Assembly: GCA_963772725.1 (NCBI GenBank)
Contig: CAVYYI010000005.1
Coordinates: 128,001-192,000 of the forward strand
Source of the DNA: an uncultured Phycisphaerales bacterium
GTDB taxonomy: Bacteria > Planctomycetota > Phycisphaerae > Sedimentisphaerales > Anaerobacaceae
DNA length: 64,000 bases
Reading direction: 5' to 3'
Notes under the pieces: generated by a model
The model's input: only the letters and a program-made list of their open reading frames with translations
Databases searched by the model: none
Told to the model about the DNA's origin: nothing
Program-made: the position numbers and the translations under genes
Shown: positions 44,064 through 53,546 of the stretch, piece by piece
Numbering within the stretch: the first letter of the stretch is position 1
How the letters are laid out: each line of letters begins with the position of its first letter

Positions 44064-46253
44064 TCATCTTTTGTCAAGCTCAATATAAGGCCGTCCCCTC
44101 CTGTAAAGGCTTAAACGGTTCTGTAAATCCTTAATCAGCTCTTTATTCTGTGAGGCCTGAGGTGACGTTTCGGCAATATTGAGGGCTTTTTCCTGGGTAC
44201 TTACCGCCTCTGAAAACTCACCCGCCGCCGCATACGCCGCTGCAAGGGTATCGAGCGGCATGGGTTCCTTGCCGCCTGAAAGTTCACAGGTTTTTTGGGC
44301 GAGTTTTACCGCTTCTTCCGGATTGCGGAATTTTGCATCCTTAGAGGTAGCCAGTAACCAGGCCAGGCCATTTAAAGATTGGGCATTATCAGGTGCAAGC
44401 TCTATCGACTTTTTGAAATGCTCGATGGCCTGCTCGTATTTCTGCTGTTCCATCAAAACACCTGCAAGGCAATAATGTGCTTTGTCAGATGCGGTATCCA
44501 GCCGCACCGACTCTGTAAGAAATGGTTCAGCCTCCTTAAATTTACCCTGCTGAGCTAAAGCATACCCGATATTATAATATGCCTCGGCGTAATCAGGTCT
44601 TATTCGGACGGCCTCTCTGAGATGTACAACAGCCTGGTCAAGTTTGCCTTGCCTGCCCAGTATCACACCGAAACCATTGTGTGCTTCCGCATCAAGCGGG
44701 TTCTGTCTAATGGCCTCAGTATAATATTTGACAGCTTCTTCTGTCCTGCCAAGTTTTGAAAGTGCGGTGCCCATAAATCTCTGGATGTCTTTAAAGTCAG
44801 GCTCTATCTCAATAACCTTTTTGAAATGTTCGACAGCTTCCTTAAATCTGCCCTGCCTGGCGAGCAGACCGCCGAGATTGCTATGGGCAAACGTATATCC
44901 GGGCCTTATCCGCAGAGACTCTTTGTTATGGCTCATTGCCTCCTGCCATTTGCCCTCTTTATTCAACGCCACTGCCAGCAGACAATGTGCAAGATAGTTT
45001 CTTTCTGTAACCTTAATTGCACGATTGCAAAGCGTTACACTGTCACTCCAGTATCCCAGCTCTATATAAGAGCGTATCGCCAGGCCGGCAAGTATTACAA
45101 ATGCCATAATACCGAGCACAAGCTTGCGACAGGACAGTTTTTTCAGCAGTTCAGGTACACCCCAGGCAGCAATAATAAACAATCCCGTTAAAGGAATATA
45201 GGTGTATCGGTTTGCTATCGACTGTGCGCCAACCTGGACTAATCCTATTACCGGCACAAGAGTTCCCACGTACCACAGCCAACCCACCGTAACATATTTG
45301 TATCTGCGCACCGTAAAAACCATCAGGACAGTTATCGATACTAACACCACAAAAGCGGCGGCAGCTTCCAGAAAAAATATGCTATTGTCTTTAATGTTAC
45401 TATACGGATAAAAGAATGCCAGATTAACCGGCCATACCATTTTGCCAATATACTCCAGATATGAAACCAAAGCGTTGGCAATCCTGATTTTTAAGGTTAT
45501 AGCATCTATACTCGCGACCGAACCGCCTTTTTGCTGCACAATAAAAGTAATTACGCTGGAAATTGCAGCAACAATAAACAAAGGGGCTTTTTCCAAAATT
45601 AAGGGATAAACAGTTTTCCATCGAAAATTATTTAGCCGTTCCAGCGGCCAATAGTCCAGCAAAAGCAAAACGAATGGCAGTGTAACGAGCATGGGTTTTG
45701 CCATAAGTCCAAACGCAAAAAGGAGAAGTGTCAGAAGATACCGCCCAGCGTTTGGCTTTTTAACATAACCGGTGTAGGCGAGCATAGTCAGCAGCAAAAA
45801 TAATGTGCTTAGGACATCCTTACGTTCTGCTACCCACGCAACGGATTCAACGTGGAGCGGATGCAGGGCGAACAGGGCGGCGACAAATGCGCTTTGCCAA
45901 AGCGCTCCGGTCATCTTTTTAAGCACGATAAAGAGCAGAAGGATATTCGCGATGTGCAGAAGCAGATTGGTTAAATGATGCCAGCCGGCCTTAGTTCCGA
46001 ATAACTGGCAGTCCAGCATATGCGACAGCCATGTTACAGGATGCCAGTTGGATGCTCTACCGGTCGTGAAAGACCAGATAATATTTTCGCGTGTCAGTCC
46101 CTCTTTGACGTGTTCGTTTTCCGCAACATATTCGGGGTCGTCGTAATTGATAAAATCATGGTTGTAAACCTGCCAGAACACCCCGAGCGCGACTAATGCC
46201 AAACCGGCATAAATTAAGATAATAGAAAAGTATCTGTTTATCGATTTATTCAT
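44064..46253 (-). CDS. TMTC-like GT-C glycosyltransferase with TPR repeats (copy A)
   Basis: NYDD, NWHPVTW, LHPLHVESVAWVAERKD and NRYTY motifs; TPR C-terminus. Confidence 0.88.
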   Translation of the reverse strand: MNKSINRYFSIILIYAGLALVALGVFWQVYNHDFINYDDPEYVAENEHVKEGLTRENIIWSFTTGRASNWHPVTWLSHMLDCQLFGTKAGWHHLTNLLLHIANILLLFIVLKKMTGALWQSAFVAALFALHPLHVESVAWVAERKDVLSTLFLLLTMLAYTGYVKKPNAGRYLLTLLLFAFGLMAKPMLVTLPFVLLLLDYWPLERLNNFRWKTVYPLILEKAPLFIVAAISSVITFIVQQKGGSVASIDAITLKIRIANALVSYLEYIGKMVWPVNLAFFYPYSNIKDNSIFFLEAAAAFVVLVSITVLMVFTVRRYKYVTVGWLWYVGTLVPVIGLVQVGAQSIANRYTYIPLTGLFIIAAWGVPELLKKLSCRKLVLGIMAFVILAGLAIRSYIELGYWSDSVTLCNRAIKVTERNYLAHCLLAVALNKEGKWQEAMSHNKESLRIRPGYTFAHSNLGGLLARQGRFKEAVEHFKKVIEIEPDFKDIQRFMGTALSKLGRTEEAVKYYTEAIRQNPLDAEAHNGFGVILGRQGKLDQAVVHLREAVRIRPDYAEAYYNIGYALAQQGKFKEAEPFLTESVRLDTASDKAHYCLAGVLMEQQKYEQAIEHFKKSIELAPDNAQSLNGLAWLLATSKDAKFRNPEEAVKLAQKTCELSGGKEPMPLDTLAAAYAAAGEFSEAVSTQEKALNIAETSPQASQNKELIKDLQNRLSLYRRGRPYIELDKR

Positions 46254-46315
46254 TCAGAAACAACTTTAGTTTATGATTGCTTATGCTGTCAATGGCCTAC
46301 ACAAATTGAGATGTT

Positions 46316-48292
46316 CTAATTGGTTTTCGGCGGGATTGGCGAATTAACTTCAGGCTGTGCCGATTTACCGGCTTTTTTCTGCATATCAAGCGTAATCCGA
46401 AGGTTGTTTTTGGCGCCAGCGTAGTCGGGTTTTATACGTATCGCCTCATTGAAATGTTTGATTGCTTCGGTGAATTTACCCTGCCTGGCCATTAAAACTG
46501 CGTAATCGCTGTGAACAATGGCGTTTTCCGGGTACATAATGAGAATCTTCTCATATTCCTTCACAGCCTGGTCAAGTTTGCCCTGCCTGCTCAAGACCAA
46601 CCCAATTTCAAGTCGTGCTCGCATAAGGTCGGGGTTGATTCGAATAGCTTCTCTGAAATGTACAATACTCTCATCGTACCTGCCTTGTTTGCTCAGAACA
46701 GCCCCAAGACCTTCGTGCGCTTCTGTATCAAGCGGGTACCTGCGAAGAACCTCCCTATACTGCATAGCTGATTCTTCAAGTCTGCCAAGGCTTAAAAGTG
46801 TTTTGCCCATATTTTTGCGGACACCGGCAAGTTCCGGCTGCTCCTTGAGTGCCTCATTGAAATGTTTAATGGCTTCATTTAATTCGCCTTGTTCTGCAAG
46901 TATATTGCCTAATCGGTTATGTGCATACACGTAATTAGGCATGATTCTCAGCGATTCTATATAGTGCATCACCGCCTCTCGCCGCTTGCCCTGTTCATAT
47001 AAGGCATCAGCAAGTAAACCATGTGCGACATAATTTTTTTCCGTAACCTCAATCGCATGTTCGAAAAGTGTTGTACTATTGCTCCAGTACTTTAACTCAA
47101 CATAAGTACGTCCTGCCAGTACAACAAGCACTGCAATTGCCGCAATACCGATTATAAGTTTTTTGCGGCGCAGTTTTCGCAACAGTTCAGGTATCCCCCA
47201 GGCAGCAATGATGAATAAGCCTGTCAGCGGAATATAGGTATATCGGTCAGCCATTGACTGTTCACCTACCTGCACAAGACCTATTACCGGTACGAGAGTT
47301 CCGAGATACCACAGCCAACCCACAGCGGCATACTTGTATTTTCGACAAATAAAAATTAACAAAACGGTTATTGCCGCCAGCACTGCAAAAACAACAGCGG
47401 CTTCCAGCAAAAACTCCCTGGTACCGGCATTAACAGGATATGGATAAATTACGGCCAGATTAGTCGGCCAAACCATTTTGCTGATGTACTTTATATATGA
47501 AACAATAGCATTAACGATACGAATATATAGAGGGAGTCTATCGACATTTGATATTGCTCCGCCGGCCTGCTGTACGGCATAGGTCGCAAAACTTGACGCA
47601 ACTGACAGAATCAAAAACGGTATTTTTTCCAGAACAAGACGATTAACGGTCTTATGCTTAGAACGCTTATCTCCAAATCTTTGCAGCGGCCAATAGTCCA
47701 GCAAAAGCAAAACGAATGGCAGTGTAACGAGCATGGGTTTTGCCATAAGTCCAAACGCAAAAAGGAGAAGTGTCAGAAGATACCGCCCAGCGTTTGGCTT
47801 TTTAACATAACCGGTGTAGGCGAGCATAGTCAGCAGCAAAAATAATGTGCTTAGGACATCCTTACGTTCTGCTACCCACGCAACGGATTCTACGTGGAGC
47901 GGATGCAGGGCGAACAGGGCGGCGACAAATGCGCTTTGCCAAAGCGCTCCGGTCATCTTTTTAAGCACGATAAAGAGCAGAAGGATATTCGCGATGTGCA
48001 GAAGCAGATTGGTTAAATGATGCCAGCCGGCCTTAGTTCCGAATAACTGGCAGTCCAGCATATGCGACAGCCATGTTACAGGATGCCAGTTGGATGCTGT
48101 CTTTGTGGTAAATGACCAGATAATGCTTTCGTGTGTCAGTCCCGCTTTAATGTGTTCGTTATTAACAATATAATCCGGGTCATCGTAATTAATGAATTTA
48201 TGGCTGCTTACCTGCCAATAAACAGCAAGGGTCAATAAGACCAGGGCAAGACAAACCAAAACAACCGCGTATCTGTTCAATATCTTATCCAT
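46316..48292 (-). CDS. TMTC-like GT-C glycosyltransferase with TPR repeats (copy B)
   Basis: Same motifs as copy A. Confidence 0.88.
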   Translation of the reverse strand: MDKILNRYAVVLVCLALVLLTLAVYWQVSSHKFINYDDPDYIVNNEHIKAGLTHESIIWSFTTKTASNWHPVTWLSHMLDCQLFGTKAGWHHLTNLLLHIANILLLFIVLKKMTGALWQSAFVAALFALHPLHVESVAWVAERKDVLSTLFLLLTMLAYTGYVKKPNAGRYLLTLLLFAFGLMAKPMLVTLPFVLLLLDYWPLQRFGDKRSKHKTVNRLVLEKIPFLILSVASSFATYAVQQAGGAISNVDRLPLYIRIVNAIVSYIKYISKMVWPTNLAVIYPYPVNAGTREFLLEAAVVFAVLAAITVLLIFICRKYKYAAVGWLWYLGTLVPVIGLVQVGEQSMADRYTYIPLTGLFIIAAWGIPELLRKLRRKKLIIGIAAIAVLVVLAGRTYVELKYWSNSTTLFEHAIEVTEKNYVAHGLLADALYEQGKRREAVMHYIESLRIMPNYVYAHNRLGNILAEQGELNEAIKHFNEALKEQPELAGVRKNMGKTLLSLGRLEESAMQYREVLRRYPLDTEAHEGLGAVLSKQGRYDESIVHFREAIRINPDLMRARLEIGLVLSRQGKLDQAVKEYEKILIMYPENAIVHSDYAVLMARQGKFTEAIKHFNEAIRIKPDYAGAKNNLRITLDMQKKAGKSAQPEVNSPIPPKTN

Positions 48293-48354
48293 TCTGTAAT
48301 AAATTTAGTTTATTATGGCTTACTATGTCAAGAAACTAAGCGAATCGCGATATT

Positions 48355-50424
48355 TCAATTGGTTTTCGGCGGGGTTGGCGAATTAACCTCGGGCTGTGCC
48401 GATTTACCGGGTTTTTTCTGCATAGCAAGAATAGCCCGGAGGTTGTTCTGGGCATTGACATAATCTGGTTTTATTCTAATCGCATCATTAAGATGTTTGA
48501 TGGCTTCATCTGTTTTGCCCTGTCGAATTAATAGAACCGCATAATCATTATGGGCAGTAGCATTATCGGGATGCATACTTAGAAGTTTTTGGTACTCCAT
48601 GGCGGCCTGGTCAAGTTTGCCCTGAACACTGAAAACATATCCGAGTTCAATACGCGTTTCCACAAGGTCCGTGTCAATCTCCAAAGCCTTAATTAAATGG
48701 GCAAGTCCTTCATCGAGCCTGTTTTGTTTAACGAGCACAAGTCCGAGGTCGCCGTGAGCCTCAGCAAGTTCAGGGTTCATTTGCAGAGCTTTATTAAGGT
48801 GGGCAACAGCTTCAACCAAGTTACCCTGCTGAGCAAGGGCACTGCCGAGCAGATAATACGCCTCTGGTTCATTAGGCAGCTTTTGCACAAGTTCTCGAAA
48901 CTTCGCGACTGCGCCTGCGATATCGCCCATAGCAATCATAGTACGCCCAAGATTGCAGTGTGCCGCCATAAAGTCAGGTCTAACCTGAAGGGCTTTGGCA
49001 AAATAAGGAATGGCCTGGTCAGGTTTATTCTCTTCAGTGAGGAGAAGACCAATCGCGTTATATGCATCCAGATAATTAGGGTTGATTCGCACTGTCTGAT
49101 AATTATGGGCCAAAGCCTCTTCTTTTTTGCCCTGCTCACTAAGGGGAGCAGCGATGCAATAATGTGCGACATAATTATTCTCCGTTACCTTCAGAGCATG
49201 TTCAAAAAGGGTTATGCTGTCATGCCAATACCGCTGCTGAATATAAGTACATATCGACAAAAGCATAAGTACAACTGCCGCGGACACACCTAAGGCGATT
49301 TTCTGATACTTCCATTTTGCCAAAAGCAGCGGCAGTCCCCACGCAATCATAATAAATAGTCCTGTGTAGGGAATATAAGTATAACGGTCGGCTAAGGCCT
49401 GGTCTCCAACCTGGATTATTCCTATCACCGGCAGAAGCGTTCCGAGATACCATAGCCAGCCCATAAGCAAAAACCGGTGTCGGCCGGCTACTCGAATTAA
49501 CACCAGCGATATTCCCAGCAGCGCTGCCGCGGACAGAACAGCCTGTAACACTGGCAGCTTGTGAATCGGATAAGGATAGAACATCGCCAGATTGCTGGGC
49601 CAGAACATTTTACCGATATACGCCATATATGAAGCAAGAGCGTTGATGACGCGAGCATACAGGGGAAGCCGGGTAATATCTATCATTGCCCCGCCGGAGC
49701 GTTGTGCGATAAAGGTAACAACACTTGACGCTATTACCAGGACCAAAAACGGTACTTTTTCCAACACAAGACGGCGACAAATCTTAAGTTTAGAGCAATT
49801 ATTCCCAAACCGTTCCAGCGGCCAATAGTCCAGCAAAAGCAAAACGAATGGCAGTGTAACGAGCATGGGTTTTGCCATAAGTCCAAACGCAAAAAGGAGA
49901 AGTGTCAGAAGATACCTCCCAGCGTTTGGCTTTTTAACATAACCGGTGTAGGCGAGCATAGTCAGCAGCAAAAATAATGTGCTTAGGACATCCTTACGTT
50001 CTGCTACCCACGCAACGGATTCTACGTGGAGCGGATGCAGGGCGAACAGGGCGGCGACAAATGCGCTTTGCCAAAGCGCTCCGGTCATCTTTTTAAGTAC
50101 GATAAAGAGCAGAAGGGTATTCGCGATGTGCAGAAGCAGATTGGTTAAATGATGCCAGCCGGCCTTAGTTCCGAATAACTGGCAGTCCAGCATATGCGAC
50201 AGCCATGTTACAGGATGCCAGTTGGTGGCGCGAAAAGTGGAAAAAGCCCAGAGGAAGTTCTGGTAAGTAACCCCTGATGTAACATGCCAGTTGTTAAAAA
50301 CATACTCAGGGTCATCGTAATTAACGAACTCGTAGTTCATTACCTGCCAATAAACAGCGACGGCCGATAATATCAACGCAAGATAGATGAGAAGAATCTT
50401 ATATCTGTTCAGTAATTTATCCAT
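48355..50424 (-). CDS. TMTC-like GT-C glycosyltransferase with TPR repeats (copy C)
   Basis: Same motifs as copy A. Confidence 0.88.
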   Translation of the reverse strand: MDKLLNRYKILLIYLALILSAVAVYWQVMNYEFVNYDDPEYVFNNWHVTSGVTYQNFLWAFSTFRATNWHPVTWLSHMLDCQLFGTKAGWHHLTNLLLHIANTLLLFIVLKKMTGALWQSAFVAALFALHPLHVESVAWVAERKDVLSTLFLLLTMLAYTGYVKKPNAGRYLLTLLLFAFGLMAKPMLVTLPFVLLLLDYWPLERFGNNCSKLKICRRLVLEKVPFLVLVIASSVVTFIAQRSGGAMIDITRLPLYARVINALASYMAYIGKMFWPSNLAMFYPYPIHKLPVLQAVLSAAALLGISLVLIRVAGRHRFLLMGWLWYLGTLLPVIGIIQVGDQALADRYTYIPYTGLFIMIAWGLPLLLAKWKYQKIALGVSAAVVLMLLSICTYIQQRYWHDSITLFEHALKVTENNYVAHYCIAAPLSEQGKKEEALAHNYQTVRINPNYLDAYNAIGLLLTEENKPDQAIPYFAKALQVRPDFMAAHCNLGRTMIAMGDIAGAVAKFRELVQKLPNEPEAYYLLGSALAQQGNLVEAVAHLNKALQMNPELAEAHGDLGLVLVKQNRLDEGLAHLIKALEIDTDLVETRIELGYVFSVQGKLDQAAMEYQKLLSMHPDNATAHNDYAVLLIRQGKTDEAIKHLNDAIRIKPDYVNAQNNLRAILAMQKKPGKSAQPEVNSPTPPKTN

Positions 50425-50607
50425 TCTGCGATAAATTTAGTTTATTATGGGTTACAATGTCAAGGTAATAGCGGACAGTTATTGGGACAGTTATATCTGC
50501 CCCGCTATCAGATGCCTTGCTCGTAAGTTAAAAAAATAAAAAAAAATTTCAAAAAAAACGTAATTATTATTGACTCTGCATTTACAGATTATATATTCAT
50601 ATTGTAA

Positions 50608-50628
50608 ATGTGAACTTTTAGTTCACAT
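50608..50628. promoter_or_regulatory. Palindromic operator upstream of KamA-family gene
   Basis: ATGTGAAC-N5-GTTCACAT just downstream of TTGACT-N16-TATATT. Confidence 0.55.
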
Positions 50629-50716
50629 AAGAAAGGTTTTTCGGGACGTGATTATTTCTGCGTAGAGATTCATCCCCTGACCTTTCGAACATTATTACTC
50701 TTTGAAGGAAAGTTGT

Positions 50717-52067
50717 ATGTTTAAAACACAAAGTGTTGATTTTAAGGATGAAAGCGACCAACCCCCGCCGTGTTCGGTTCTTGAGCAGGTACGAACCGAA
50801 CCTAAAACGCAGTCCCAAAAACCTCGCGAAATAAAAAATCACATCTGCTGGAATGACTGGAAGTGGCAAATTGCCAATCGAATCCGAAGTTACTCTCAAT
50901 TAATTGCGCACTTTCCGCAGACTTGCTGATACTCCCGGCCTCGAAAAGGTCATCAAAAAGTATCCGCTGGCTATCACTCCCTATTACGCCTCGCTGATTC
51001 GCCGCGCAGATGCTACTGATCCGGTTTTCGCGATGAGCGTACCGCAGATGGATGAACTTGAAAATCCCTCCTGCCTCAGGGATGACCCTCTTGAAGAAGA
51101 AGAGGATATGCCCGTCCCAGGTCTGGTACACAGATACCCCGACAGGGCGCTGCTCTTGGCGACAACCGCATGCAGCATGTACTGCCGTCATTGCACTCGC
51201 AAACGAGTAGCAGGCACAAGGGAATGCACCATCTCCCCCAGAAGGCTCGAACAGGTCGTTGAATACATTACCGCCCACCCCGAAATTTCCGATGTGATAA
51301 TTTCCGGCGGCGACCCATTCACCATGACCACCAACGCCTTGGAAATCGTGATAAGCAGCCTGAGAAAAATACCCACCGTCAGCGTCATAAGAGTCGGCAC
51401 GCGCACCCCAGTCGTCCTTCCACAGCGAATAACCGAAGAGCTTACCTCCATGCTCCGAAAATATCATCCAATCTGGGTCAATACGCATTTCAACCATCCC
51501 AATGAGATTACCGAAGAAGCAATCGCCGCCCTTACCAGGCTGGCCGATGCCGGCATCCCTTTGGGAAATCAGTCCGTCCTCCTCCGGGGCGTCAATGACA
51601 ATCCCCAGACTATCGAGCAGCTATGCCGAGGCCTGATTAAGAATCGCGTCAGACCCTACTATCTCTTCCAGTGCGACCTGGTCAAAGGCGCCGAACATTT
51701 CAGAACACCAATCAGTTGAGGCATCGAGGTTATGGAATACCTCCGCGGTCGCGTCAGCGGCATCGCCATTCCAAGCTTTGTTGTCGATGCTCCTCACGGC
51801 GGCGGTAAACTTCCGATTCTGCCCAATTATATAGTCTCCACAAGTCCGACCACCACCGTCCTGCGAAACTTCGAAGGCATGTTCGTAGCCTACCCGGAGC
51901 CAGCCGTGAAACCTCCCGCACCCGCGGAAAATTCACAACCCTGTCTAACCCCCGGCGTATGGAATCTCGCATCAGGGCAAAACACAAAAATTGAACCAAA
52001 ACGCGCACTGCGCCAGACAAGAAGACAAAACAACCACCTCTCCCACGATACAGCCCAACTCTTCTAA
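50717..52067 (+). CDS. KamA-family radical SAM aminomutase (frameshift ~50915, in-frame TGA 51717-51719)
   Basis: [33 protein letters not shown] and DAPHGGGK motifs. Confidence 0.9.
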
Positions 52068-52094
52068 CCCGCGCAGCTAAATAACTTAAACCCC

Positions 52095-52127
52095 AAAACC
52101 CACAGCCTAACCCCTGTGGGTTTTTTC
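52095..52127 (+). terminator. Intrinsic terminator
   Basis: AAAACCCACAG...CTGTGGGTTTTTT. Confidence 0.8.
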
Positions 52128-52257
52128 ATTAGCTGAAAATGCAGTCTCTGGACAAGTCAAATCAGCAAGGGTAAAATTACTTTATGAGTTTTGAACAGGA
52201 AGTAGCAATAAGGAGTAATATGATCGGTCGAAAGAAATATTTGCGGGAGAGGTTTCA

Positions 52258-52719
52258 ATGACAGTTTTGCTATGTTTGGATTTATTAGGAATTTTATGTA
52301 GTTTCTTTGTCAATCTTTTGTTGATAGAAGAATTTATTCTTCCATCTGGTAAAATAGCTATAACACTCAATATCGGAATCGGCTTAGTGGTTGCCGCCAG
52401 GCTTGTTGCAACAAAAGAATTACGCCAGGGAAAAGGGTGGTTTTTTGACAAAAGTTTGAAAAATATTTGTCCTTCCTGGCTAAAAGTTGTGATAGGATTA
52501 ATTGTCACATACGGCATTATTAACTGCATTTTTTCGTTGAGCGGAATGGTTTCTATGCTTTCAGTTACAATGACAAAGGATGATTATATAATTGCTTCAA
52601 GGAAGCTGTTTATCGGTTTATTTTCTTTAATAATGGTATGTTACGCCATAGAGTTTTTGATACTTTATTTATACAAAATTCTCAAGTCTTGTAGGGTGGA
52701 GTCACAACTCCATCTTTAA
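52258..52719 (+). CDS. Hypothetical 4-TM membrane protein, AT-rich
   Basis: GGAGAGG RBS and four hydrophobic segments. Confidence 0.7.
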   Translation: MTVLLCLDLLGILCSFFVNLLLIEEFILPSGKIAITLNIGIGLVVAARLVATKELRQGKGWFFDKSLKNICPSWLKVVIGLIVTYGIINCIFSLSGMVSMLSVTMTKDDYIIASRKLFIGLFSLIMVCYAIEFLILYLYKILKSCRVESQLHL

Positions 52720-52720
52720 C

Positions 52721-52757
52721 AAAATATCTGCGTCATCGGTGTAATCCGTGATTAAAT
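52721..52757 (-). repeat. 9-mer tandem repeat arm
   Basis: Reverse complement ATTTAAT-CACGGATTA-CACCGATGA-CGCAGATAT-TTT closely resembles 13358-13395. Confidence 0.8.
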
Positions 52758-52778
52758 ATTTCTGATTCACAAAAGAAT

Positions 52779-52807
52779 AAAAAAAGCCCCTCATAAAAGG
52801 GGCTTTT
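52779..52807. terminator. Bidirectional intrinsic terminator
   Basis: AAAAGCCCCT...AGGGGCTTTT between convergent genes. Confidence 0.8.
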
Positions 52808-52837
52808 GGGTGATTGTTTTATTGTGCGAAAAAGGTT

Positions 52838-53269
52838 TTACGACTTAATCACGCCCTTTTTGAGAATGATGTTGGCATAAAGAGCCACCTCGCTTGTCGC
52901 GATTACCGCGTAAGCCTTCTTGGCCCTGTCGTAAAAGGCAAACCTCTCAACAAATTCAAAATCGGAAAACTTTTCGCCGCTGCTTTTAATGACCTTTCGA
53001 TACTCTTCCCAGATTGTCGGCTTTGTTTTATCGCCCGGCACAACCGCCATCAAAGCCGCGGGCTTTTCAACATAAATATCCAGCGGAAACAGTTTCAATA
53101 TCGCCTCAAGGAGCGGCGGCACATCATGCCCGTCGCAGCGAATGAGCCTCTGCGCGATAGACGCCGCCGGAAAATTCCCGTCCGCGATAACCAGTTCATC
53201 GCCGTGCCCCATCTCCATCAGAACCTTCAACAGTTCCGGCGACAATATATTCGGAATACCTTTTAATAT
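52838..53269 (-). CDS. fucU: L-fucose mutarotase / RbsD-FucU family
   Basis: LKGIP.ILSPELL, MGHGDELVIADGNFP and YANIILKKGV motifs. Confidence 0.92.
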   Translation of the reverse strand: MLKGIPNILSPELLKVLMEMGHGDELVIADGNFPAASIAQRLIRCDGHDVPPLLEAILKLFPLDIYVEKPAALMAVVPGDKTKPTIWEEYRKVIKSSGEKFSDFEFVERFAFYDRAKKAYAVIATSEVALYANIILKKGVIKS

Positions 53270-53335
53270 TTTCTTACCTTTCCAATTGTAATTATATCGC
53301 AAGCAATCTTTATAATAATCCGCGTCGGATTTTAA

Positions 53336-53474
53336 AAATCCTAAGCACTAAACCCTAATTCCTAAACAAATTCTAAATCCAAATGACTAAAATAATTGCG
53401 GCCAGCTCAGATTTGTTTTATAAATTTCATTTTTTGTTAATTGTTTAGGATTTAGATATTAGGATTTAGGATTT
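53336..53474. repeat. Inverted pair of heptamer (AAATCCT-like) tandem arrays with no cargo
   Basis: Left AAATCCT-AAGCACT-AAACCCT-AATTCCT-AAACAA; right (reverse complement) AAATCCT-AAATCCT-AATATCT-AAATCCT-AAACAA. Confidence 0.8.
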
Positions 53475-53546
53475 ATAATCGAGCAGATTATCCGCCGCAA
53501 ACTGAAGCCAGCCCGCGGCGGATTAACTGCTTTTAGAACTTATTGT

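Noticed and set aside
45642..50225. Diversity-generating retroelement TR/VR pair
   Set aside because: No reverse transcriptase; the differences are few and not adenine-specific; the block lies in the conserved core.
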